Below are positions 27,849-38,199 of a DNA stretch of 64,000 bases, piece by piece. The position numbers were made by a program, and so were the translations under genes. Position 1 is the first letter of the stretch. Each line of letters starts with the position of its first letter. The notes below the pieces were generated by a model. The model searched no databases, was not told the origin of the DNA, and saw only the letters and a list, made by a program, of their open reading frames with translations. This stretch comes from Candidatus Enterousia sp. (lineage in GTDB: Bacteria; Pseudomonadota; Alphaproteobacteria; Rs-D84), in contig JAZLDI010000008.1 of assembly GCA_045614665.1 (NCBI GenBank), positions 1,084 through 65,083 of the forward strand. The letters are read 5' to 3'.

Positions 27849-27922
27849 ATGATTTAACAAGAAATGGGTGCCGAAATTCCAATTAAATTTTTGCGCCCGA
27901 AACAAAAAAAAGGGACCAAAAA

Positions 27923-29692
27923 ATGTTATCTTTGAAATCAAAGTTCAGAACACATACGTGTGGTGAATTAAATGCAAAAAATGTCGGCGAGGTGGTAACA
28001 CTGTCCGGATGGGTTCATCGTAAACGTGACCATGGGGCATTGTTGTTTATTGACCTGCGTGATAATTACGGTATTACACAGATTGTTTTTGATGGCGGTA
28101 ATGAGGCACTTGAACGCATTCGTCCAGAATCTGTGATTAAAGTTGTTGGAAACGTTGTTGCACGTGATGCGTCGGCGGTTAATGATAAAATCCCAACGGG
28201 TGAAATTGAAATTCAAGCAACCTCATTCGAAGTTCTGACCAATTCAGAGGTTTTGCCATTCCAGGTATTCGGTGAAGACGAAGTTGGCGAAGAATTGCGT
28301 TATAAATATCGCTTCTTGGACTTGCGTCGTGAAAAATTACACAACACTATTTTGACGCGCAATAAAATGATGAAATGGTTGCGTGATAAAATGTGGGATT
28401 TAGGTTTCTCGGAATTCCAGACACCGGTTTTAACCGCATCCAGCCCAGAGGGTGCACGTGACTTTATCGTACCATCTCGCTTACATCACGGTAAATTCTA
28501 TGCCCTGCCCCAGGCACCACAGATGTTCAAGCAATTACTGCAAGTGTCGGGTTTTGACCGCTATTTCCAGATTGCACCATGTTTTCGTGATGAAGATTTG
28601 CGTTCAGACAGATTACTGGAATTTTATCAGTTGGATATGGAAATGTCGTTTGTTGACCTGGCTGATATTCAGGCCGTCGGTGATGAAATTATGCCAAATC
28701 TGGTTCGTGAATTTGCACCGGATGCAAATGTATACGCCGAAATTCCACATATCACATTTGATGATGCAATGTTGAAATATGGTTCAGATAAACCAGATTT
28801 ACGTAACCCAATTATTATCCATGACGTGACAGATGTTTTCCGTGGATCTGATTTTGGAATCTTTGCAAACGCAATTGAAAATGGCAGTGTTGTTCGTGCT
28901 ATCCCGGCACCAAACAGTGCAGACAAACCACGTTCTTGGTTTGATAAATTGGGTGAATATGCGGTCAAAGAATTGGGCCTGGGCGGTCTGGGGTACATCG
29001 TATTCGCAGACGAGGCCAAAGGACCCGTTGCCAAGAAACTAGATGCGGCACGCATTGAAAAACTGCATGAAATTGCAGGTGATAATTCATCCCTGTTCTT
29101 TGTTTGCGACAATGTTGAACCTGCATCCAAGGCGGCTGGAAAATTGCGTAATAAATTAGGTGCAGATTTAGGTTTGGTAAATCCACGCGACTTTGCATTC
29201 TGTTGGGTGGAATCATTCCCGTTCTTTGAACCAGACGAAGAACGCGATGGCGCACCAAAGTTTACACACAACCCATTCTCGTTTCCAATGGCGACATTAG
29301 AGGAACTGGACACAAAAAATCCATTTGATATCAAAGCAGCTCAGTTCGATATGGTATTAAATGGTTTGGAAATTTGCAGCGGTGGTTTACGTAACTATAA
29401 CCCAGACATTATGAAGAAGTGTTTTGAAATCGCCGGTTATCCGATTGAGGCGGTTGAAAAGAATTTCAGTGGTCTGTACACTGCGTTCCAATATGGCGCA
29501 CCACCGCACGGCGGATGTGCGTTCGGTATTGACCGATTAGTATCAGAAATTACCGGATTCGGTGACAGTGTACGCGAAGTGGTTGCATTCCCAGCCAACC
29601 AACGCGGACAAGACTTGTTAATGGGCAGTCCGAACGAGGTCACTGAACAACAATTACGTGATGTTCATATCACAATTCGCAAAAAGAACTAA
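27923..29692 (+). CDS. aspS: aspartate--tRNA ligase
   Basis: 589 aa with N-terminal RTHTCGEL. Class II motifs are present (FRDEDLRSDR, GGLRNYN.., FGIDRL). Confidence 0.97.
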   Translation: MLSLKSKFRTHTCGELNAKNVGEVVTLSGWVHRKRDHGALLFIDLRDNYGITQIVFDGGNEALERIRPESVIKVVGNVVARDASAVNDKIPTGEIEIQATSFEVLTNSEVLPFQVFGEDEVGEELRYKYRFLDLRREKLHNTILTRNKMMKWLRDKMWDLGFSEFQTPVLTASSPEGARDFIVPSRLHHGKFYALPQAPQMFKQLLQVSGFDRYFQIAPCFRDEDLRSDRLLEFYQLDMEMSFVDLADIQAVGDEIMPNLVREFAPDANVYAEIPHITFDDAMLKYGSDKPDLRNPIIIHDVTDVFRGSDFGIFANAIENGSVVRAIPAPNSADKPRSWFDKLGEYAVKELGLGGLGYIVFADEAKGPVAKKLDAARIEKLHEIAGDNSSLFFVCDNVEPASKAAGKLRNKLGADLGLVNPRDFAFCWVESFPFFEPDEERDGAPKFTHNPFSFPMATLEELDTKNPFDIKAAQFDMVLNGLEICSGGLRNYNPDIMKKCFEIAGYPIEAVEKNFSGLYTAFQYGAPPHGGCAFGIDRLVSEITGFGDSVREVVAFPANQRGQDLLMGSPNEVTEQQLRDVHITIRKKN

Positions 29693-29720
29693 AAAATCCG
29701 CCGATTGGCGGATTTTTTTT
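29693..29720. terminator. bidirectional terminator aspS/ung
   Basis: The sequence is AAAAAATCCGCC-GATT-GGCGGATTTTTTTT. Confidence 0.85.
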
Positions 29721-30381
29721 ACCATTCAATTGGCGTTCGTCCATGTTGTTGTAAATATTCGTTTGCCTGGCTAAAATGTTTACAACCAAAAAAACCACGA
29801 TACGCAGACAGCGGTGACGGATGCACGCTTTTTAACACCAGGTTCTTGTCCTGGTTCACAAAAGCCGCTTTTTTCTGTGCATAAGACCCCCACAACATAT
29901 AAACAATATTTTCACGCGTTGCAACCGCACGAATAACACTGTCTGTAAATTCTTCCCAACCATGCCCCGCATGCGATGCCGCCGCATGTGCACGCACAGT
30001 TAATGTTGAATTCAGTAATAACACACCCTGGTTTGCCCAATATGTCAAATCACCGTTTGTGACCGATTTTCGTCCTAAATCAGATTCTATTTCTTTGTAA
30101 ATATTAACTAACGATGGTGGCACTGGTGTTGGTGGCAGCACAGAAAAACAAAGCCCGTGAGCCTGACCAGGTTCATGATATGGATCTTGGCCAATTATCA
30201 CAACCTTGACATCATCAATCGGACACAAATTAAAGGCATTAAAGATATTTTTAGGTTCTGGATAAATTGCCCGCCCAGACAAATATTCACCGCGCACAAA
30301 ATCCGTCAGTTTAACAAAATAATCTTTATCAAATTCCGCACTTAATGCATCTTTCCAAGATTGTTCAATTTTCACATTCAT
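29719..30381 (-). CDS. ung: uracil-DNA glycosylase
   Basis: Motifs VVIIGQDPYH, GVLLLN and HPSPLSA are present. The start is taken at the ATG in an ATGA overlap with the upstream gene. The ORF is open up to 30414. Confidence 0.92.
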   Translation of the reverse strand: MNVKIEQSWKDALSAEFDKDYFVKLTDFVRGEYLSGRAIYPEPKNIFNAFNLCPIDDVKVVIIGQDPYHEPGQAHGLCFSVLPPTPVPPSLVNIYKEIESDLGRKSVTNGDLTYWANQGVLLLNSTLTVRAHAAASHAGHGWEEFTDSVIRAVATRENIVYMLWGSYAQKKAAFVNQDKNLVLKSVHPSPLSAYRGFFGCKHFSQANEYLQQHGRTPIEW

Positions 30382-31037
30382 AACCTTATCAGTCCTTGCT
30401 GTAAAGCTTTCCACAACACCACATCAATATACCCTCGTGGCAACCCAGTTTCCTGTACTAAATATTCAAACATATCATCACAGGCACATTTTATTTCCTG
30501 TGCCAATTTTCCATTATTTATCTTTTCTTCTAAATCTATACCCTGTGTTTGCCGCGCAAATACAACCCCTAAACGTTGAATCCAGACATCATATTTAACC
30601 AAATCTTCACCCAGATTTCGTGCCAAATGATGCGCGGTTATTTTCCCAATATGTGGCAAGTTTTCTAAAAAACTTACACGCGTATCAACATTATCACACT
30701 TGTAATATTGATTGCAAAACAGATCACGATTTTCCCATATTTTACAAATCGCATTTATTTTATTTTTGTTGTTGAATATTTTTATAAGGCTATCAAAATC
30801 CGCCCCAACCTGAGACAACAAATCCATAATATTTTTATGAATTTTTTTAGCCGTTTTTTGTGAAAAACCACCGGCCAGAATTACATAAGTACAATGCCAC
30901 GCAAATTCATCCGCCGAACAAATTTTACGCATACGCAGGTTATCTAATATTTCATCAAAACTTTGTGCATCACTGTCCAGGCCACTTATGCGCAATTGTG
31001 AATCAATTTCAAAAAACCATTGACGCGAAAAATCCAT
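30378..31037 (-). CDS. HhH-GPD-superfamily DNA glycosylase-like protein
   Basis: 219 aa with helix-hairpin-helix LPHIGKITAHHLARNLG followed by an Asp (YDVWIQR). It is translationally coupled to ung (TGA within ATGA). Confidence 0.45.
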   Translation of the reverse strand: MDFSRQWFFEIDSQLRISGLDSDAQSFDEILDNLRMRKICSADEFAWHCTYVILAGGFSQKTAKKIHKNIMDLLSQVGADFDSLIKIFNNKNKINAICKIWENRDLFCNQYYKCDNVDTRVSFLENLPHIGKITAHHLARNLGEDLVKYDVWIQRLGVVFARQTQGIDLEEKINNGKLAQEIKCACDDMFEYLVQETGLPRGYIDVVLWKALQQGLIRL

Positions 31038-31313
31038 TTATTGCCTATCATCTGAAAATTGTGCCATCTGCATATCATACATCGCAGCTTTATCTTTGAC
31101 GTTTTGTTGTCCACGCGCAAATCCGCCTGTTAAGTCTTTTTTCTGCTTGCGCTTTGCAATTGCATCTTGCAGTTGTTTTTTTCGAGATTTCTTAAATTCA
31201 ATTTCAGATGCCGAATAACGTTCTGGATTTTTTAACTGTTCATCCAATTGGTTGATTTCGCGTTGCCATACGGCTTCTTGCGAATTATCAAAAACCTTTT
31301 CATTATCCGACAT
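31038..31313 (-). CDS. hypothetical charged coiled-coil protein
   Basis: 91 aa with an RBS. Its TAA abuts the next ATG. It lies between gyrB and the glycosylase genes. Confidence 0.4.
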   Translation of the reverse strand: MSDNEKVFDNSQEAVWQREINQLDEQLKNPERYSASEIEFKKSRKKQLQDAIAKRKQKKDLTGGFARGQQNVKDKAAMYDMQMAQFSDDRQ

Positions 31314-31328
31314 CTGATTTTCCTTTTA

Positions 31329-33779
<2,451 letters not shown>

Positions 33780-33802
33780 TTATCAAGAAAAAAGGGATAA
33801 AA

Positions 33803-34075
33803 ATGGCAAACAATTATACAAAACAAACTTTCAAAAAAGACGATTTTTTGAACGCTATTCAGCTTGTTGACAAACTAAATCGGCCCGCCGAAGAAATCCA
33901 TAAAGCAATGATACGCGAATACAAAAACAACTCACAAATTCGTGTTGGAAATATTTGCTATCCTGTTGTAATACGAAACAGAGATTGTCACGTACAATTA
34001 TCTAATCCGAAACGTTTATTATTACACCCACTTGGTTTACCAAAGTTAAAGGAAATATTAGAAAAAGGTAAATAA
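33803..34075 (+). CDS. hypothetical small protein
   Basis: 90 aa. Its stop is 1 nt before the next ATG. Confidence 0.4.
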   Translation: MANNYTKQTFKKDDFLNAIQLVDKLNRPAEEIHKAMIREYKNNSQIRVGNICYPVVIRNRDCHVQLSNPKRLLLHPLGLPKLKEILEKGK

Positions 34076-34076
34076 T

Positions 34077-34646
34077 ATGAAATTTAAATTACTTTATTTT
34101 GGTGATATTTTAATCAATCCAAAAAAACGGGCCCAGCATATCGCTGATATTCGTATGCAATTTCATCCTCAACTTAAAAAACTGGTCGAACACAGTCCTT
34201 GGAACAACTTGACCCAGTATATGGTACCAAACCCAACCAAAAGCCCAATTACCACACGTCACATTGGTGGCATTGATTGGAATCCAATTATTACACCAAA
34301 CCTAAAATTGATTGCAGAACTAGATATTCAAATGTTACACCCTGAAATTATTGGTGTGCCACGTTCGGATATCGATAACCGTGTAAAAACAATTATGGAT
34401 GGCCTGCGTTGCCCTCAAAACGAGCACGAAATTGGCGCAAACACACCACGTAACATTGGTCCGATTTACACTTTATTGGATGATGACCATTTAATCACAA
34501 AACTGTCGGTTAACACCAGTCACCTGCTGGATGCTGGTATATTTTCAGAAAATATTCAGCGCACCCCAGATTCAATATTTATGATGATTGACGTAAACGT
34601 CAGGGTCGCCGAGGGAACACTTGAAAACCTGCCTTTTATGGTATAG
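34077..34646 (+). CDS. RusA-like (Holliday junction resolvase fold) protein
   Basis: 189 aa. D-I-D-N-R-V-K-T-I-M-D-G-L (aa 98-110) matches the spacing of E. coli RusA D-L-D-N-L-Q-K-A-A-F-D-A-L. LLDDDHLI (aa 133-140) matches WLDDAQVV. Confidence 0.5.
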   Translation: MKFKLLYFGDILINPKKRAQHIADIRMQFHPQLKKLVEHSPWNNLTQYMVPNPTKSPITTRHIGGIDWNPIITPNLKLIAELDIQMLHPEIIGVPRSDIDNRVKTIMDGLRCPQNEHEIGANTPRNIGPIYTLLDDDHLITKLSVNTSHLLDAGIFSENIQRTPDSIFMMIDVNVRVAEGTLENLPFMV

Positions 34647-34672
34647 AAAACCCGCCGTTTGGCGGGATTTTT
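34647..34672 (+). terminator. rho-independent terminator
   Basis: The sequence is AAAACCCGCC-GTTT-GGCGGGATTTTT. Confidence 0.8.
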
Positions 34673-34677
34673 CATTC

Positions 34678-34751
34678 TGGTGCCCTAAGCAAGAATCGGA
34701 CTTGCGACTCGTCCTTACCAAGGACGTGTTTTACCACTAGACTATTAGGGC
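34678..34751 (-). tRNA. tRNA-Thr (anticodon GGT)
   Basis: 74-nt cloverleaf with acceptor GCCCTAA/TTAGGGC and anticodon loop TTGGTAA. The T-arm is GCAAG-TCCGATT-CTTGC, with C at position 55. CCA is encoded. Confidence 0.88.
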
Positions 34752-34811
34752 AATAAAACGTGTCTTATTATACGGGCATACAGATAAAAATCAAGAATAA
34801 AAAATACCCGA

Positions 34812-35882
34812 CTATGACAATGCAGCAGTAATTTGATCTTGCATCTGGAATGTCCCCAAAACAACCCACGCAATAATCAATGACACGAACAAAATCCCTG
34901 CACTATTCATTATATTGGATATAGATTCCATTTTTCGAACCGATTCCGCCAAATAATCATTAGCAACCTGACTCAAGTTTTTATCAAACCCATTCATATC
35001 AGCATAAACAGTCAAATCACCAACTATATCTGCATCTGGAAATTCTCGCTCTGTTTTATTTAACGCAACCCCTAAATTATCCCCATTTGCAATAAAATGC
35101 AGCGCACTTTCCAATATAGACCGCAGATATTTATTCGCATTATCAGCCAACATTCGCATCGCATCTGGTATCGTCACACCCGAACCAACCATCGCAGACA
35201 AAGCCATCATCCAACCAACACCCATATGAATTTTATAAACACTCCACGGGGGCAATTTATCAAATATCGCTCGCAAACGTCCCGACCAATTTGCCAAACT
35301 TATCCAACCAATCAATACCAATACAAAAAACACACCTATAATCCACGGCCAATAAGCAATTGAAAAATCAGACAACGCAATTAACGAACGCGCCGAACCA
35401 CGCCAAACAATATTATCACCGGCAACCTCGGCCAACGGCGGCACCAGATAAATTCCCACCATTAAAATAATTCCAAATGTCAATGCTAATAAAAATAACG
35501 GATAGATTATAGCACCACGCATTGCGCGCGAAATACGTTGCGTACCATCAACCACACGACCAACATTTTCCAACGCCAACACCAGATTTGAAATATTACC
35601 ACTTGTTACCAACAGCGTTTCATTTGGCGGTACCCAGCCACGCGTTGCATCTGAAAAACTCATCCCACGTTCCAGATTTTTTTGCCATTGGCGCATAACA
35701 ATTGCGAACGGTTCATTGGGCTTTTTCCCGTTCTTGGATTCGATCATTTCAAGACGTCCCAACGCATCCATCAACGTAAAATCATTACGCAACAATGATG
35801 CCAGTTTTCGACATATCGCCATACGTCGTTCTGTATTTAATCTGAATACCAGTTTTGCATAAAGCATTTCCAGTTTATTCAT
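34812..35882 (-). CDS. type IV pilus / T2SS platform protein (GspF/PilC family; R64 PilR-like)
   Basis: 356-aa polytopic membrane protein with the GspF-type duplicated architecture. It lies directly downstream of the ATPase. Confidence 0.7.
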   Translation of the reverse strand: MNKLEMLYAKLVFRLNTERRMAICRKLASLLRNDFTLMDALGRLEMIESKNGKKPNEPFAIVMRQWQKNLERGMSFSDATRGWVPPNETLLVTSGNISNLVLALENVGRVVDGTQRISRAMRGAIIYPLFLLALTFGIILMVGIYLVPPLAEVAGDNIVWRGSARSLIALSDFSIAYWPWIIGVFFVLVLIGWISLANWSGRLRAIFDKLPPWSVYKIHMGVGWMMALSAMVGSGVTIPDAMRMLADNANKYLRSILESALHFIANGDNLGVALNKTEREFPDADIVGDLTVYADMNGFDKNLSQVANDYLAESVRKMESISNIMNSAGILFVSLIIAWVVLGTFQMQDQITAALS

Positions 35883-35883
35883 T

Positions 35884-37518
35884 TTAATACACCCCCGGCT
35901 GGTCCAGTTGTCCGACCCAACGTTCTAATTCATCAACACCAATTATTCCCTGTAACATCAAGGCAGACGCAGCCTCTTTTAATGTACGCCCATCCATTTC
36001 TTCCAACCAATAACGCACTGCGCCATCGGTATTCCCAGACAACGCCAGTCGTAAAAATTCACTATTTGTAATAATAACCTCGCCGGCTTTGATACGTCCC
36101 AACGTCCCCGTCCCCTTGCAATGTTCACAACCCGTACCACGGATATATACCTGACTTAAACCAATATCACCAAATGCATCACGCACGCGACGATACGCCG
36201 AACGATGTGGATTATCAGATAATTTTTGGCGACAATGTGGGCACAGTTTTTTAAACAATCGCATAGACACCAATCCGCGCATCAATGTTTCTTCTTTTAA
36301 TTTAAAAGGCTCAATTCCCAAATCCAACAAACGCGTCAACGCCGCCAACGCCGAATTTGCGTGCAAGGTTGTCCAAACATTATGCCCAGACAATGCACCA
36401 CGCACCGTCAATTCTGCCGCCGCCAACGTACGAATTTCCCCAACCATTAATGTATCAGGGTCACTACGCAATGCTGCCGCCAATGCTTCTACATATTTTT
36501 CATCACGTTGTTCTTCGCTTGTGGTATTTACCACCGGCATTTGACGTGCACCAAAAATCTTTTGTTCAACCGGATTTTCCACCGTAATCATATTAATTTC
36601 ATAATTGCGTTCTTTCAACATCATTGACATATTACGAACCAATGTTGTTGATTTACCAGAACTGGTGGGCCCAGCCACAATAACTAATCCTGTTGGAAAA
36701 GAACGCATACGTGCCAATAAACGCTGTTCATATGGGCCAAACTCTTGTTCAGTTTTAATCCCTTCGGACGGGTTATCATACAACAATCGCATAACTACAT
36801 AACGCGACCCAAATGCAATTGGATTAAATTGCATACGAACACCCAATACCCCCGCTGGCAAATACAAATCCTTGGTTCCACGCAGTGGTGTATGTCCATC
36901 TTTTTGTGCCGATTGATATTCATTCTGGGCATAGTTTGCATTTGACATATCAGCCGACGCAAACGCAGCACGAACAAACGATTCACCCCACCCTGAATTA
37001 TATTCCAAGACTGGTTGCATACTGCCATCTATACGGAAATAAATCGTCGTCTGGTCGGCAACCTCTATATGAACGTCCGACACCTTTTGCGCTGCGGCAC
37101 GCGCAATAATATCAACAAAATCCTTCTGCATCTGGTTATCATAATCCTGACGCGAACGATGCATACCACCCAATGTCGCCTCATACATTTTATAGATACC
37201 AGATATCAATCCTAAGTCTGAATAGAACGGTTCACGCACTACACGTCCGCGCTTTTTAAGTAAATCTATAAACGCTAACACACGACCATCATATTGATGC
37301 GTGCGCGATACAATAATTTCACCACCGGAAAAATACGCAACCGTCCCCTGAGTATCGCGAGGCAATTCGAATTCCGCCCCCGTCGCAGTCAACAGGCGAT
37401 TTCCATTTTCAAACAAATAATCAATAATATCCTTTGGGTCAGAATTTTCTAAACCAATTGGCACAGACAATTTCACTGTATTAGTTTGTTCGCCCAAGAT
37501 ATTATTTTCTTTATCCAT
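35884..37518 (-). CDS. type IV pilus / T2SS assembly ATPase (GspE/PilB family; R64 PilQ-like)
   Basis: Walker A GPTSSGKST, Walker B LMVGEIR and His box TTLHAN are present. A tetracysteine CPHC...CEHC is present. The start is taken at the ATG behind GGGGG. Confidence 0.88.
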   Translation of the reverse strand: MDKENNILGEQTNTVKLSVPIGLENSDPKDIIDYLFENGNRLLTATGAEFELPRDTQGTVAYFSGGEIIVSRTHQYDGRVLAFIDLLKKRGRVVREPFYSDLGLISGIYKMYEATLGGMHRSRQDYDNQMQKDFVDIIARAAAQKVSDVHIEVADQTTIYFRIDGSMQPVLEYNSGWGESFVRAAFASADMSNANYAQNEYQSAQKDGHTPLRGTKDLYLPAGVLGVRMQFNPIAFGSRYVVMRLLYDNPSEGIKTEQEFGPYEQRLLARMRSFPTGLVIVAGPTSSGKSTTLVRNMSMMLKERNYEINMITVENPVEQKIFGARQMPVVNTTSEEQRDEKYVEALAAALRSDPDTLMVGEIRTLAAAELTVRGALSGHNVWTTLHANSALAALTRLLDLGIEPFKLKEETLMRGLVSMRLFKKLCPHCRQKLSDNPHRSAYRRVRDAFGDIGLSQVYIRGTGCEHCKGTGTLGRIKAGEVIITNSEFLRLALSGNTDGAVRYWLEEMDGRTLKEAASALMLQGIIGVDELERWVGQLDQPGVY

Positions 37519-37530
37519 TTGTGCCCCCAA

Positions 37531-38199
37531 TTATTTAGCGGCCCCAACGTTCAACGTCTGTGTTGCACCATCTTTTATAAAAACAATTCCTTCATCCAAT
37601 GATATAGATTTTACCGTATATCCATCCAAAGATTTACCAACACCAACACGTTTTGTTTGACCGCTTGCAACATCTGTAATTGTTGCCTGTAACTGAGATC
37701 CCGCCCCAATAACATTAACTAATTTGTATTTTTTCGCCAAATCTGTTTCTGGTTTAACTTCTTCTTTTTGCGAATAAGATTCTGAATACGATGCTGGTTT
37801 CTCTTCTTCCGCAAGTATTTTTTCCTTCTCGCGTTCCAGGCGTGCCGCCTCCGCTTCTAACTTTGCTTTTTCTGTTTCAATTTGTTGCTGCTGCTGTTCT
37901 GCACGCCCCGACAATGTATCAATTTCCATATGCAGCTTAATTTTTTCCGCCGCCAACCTATCTAATTCCAAATCCAATTGCGCACGTTCTTTTTCCAACT
38001 GCATCAAAACCTTTTCCTGTTCCAGGTCTGTAATCTGTTGAAACAAAGAACCCTCTACCTGATAATCTGCAATCGCATCGGCCGACACTTGTTCAACATC
38101 CGTGACAACAACTTCGTCTAAGACAACATCATCCGCGGCGCACGCCCCAGAAAACACAACACACACCCCAATCAAAGCCACCAATATTTTATTTTGCAT
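37531..38199 (-). CDS. periplasmic coiled-coil protein, PilP-like (type IVb)
   Basis: It has a signal peptide and a long E/K/Q coiled coil. The C-terminal beta domain (KLVNVIGAGSQLQATITD...YTVKSISLDEGIVF) resembles PilP. Confidence 0.4.
   Translation of the reverse strand: MQNKILVALIGVCVVFSGACAADDVVLDEVVVTDVEQVSADAIADYQVEGSLFQQITDLEQEKVLMQLEKERAQLDLELDRLAAEKIKLHMEIDTLSGRAEQQQQQIETEKAKLEAEAARLEREKEKILAEEEKPASYSESYSQKEEVKPETDLAKKYKLVNVIGAGSQLQATITDVASGQTKRVGVGKSLDGYTVKSISLDEGIVFIKDGATQTLNVGAAK

Noticed and set aside
27849-27922. A canonical intrinsic terminator or clear SD-sequestering helix completing the T-box expression platform.
   Set aside because: No sequence complementary to the 3' strand of the antiterminator (AGCGCCCCTG) followed by a U-run is present. 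Only weak 6-bp GCGCCC/GGGTGC alternatives and a 4-bp CCCT/AGGG pairing with the SD exist. The regulatory mechanism is therefore left open rather than asserted.
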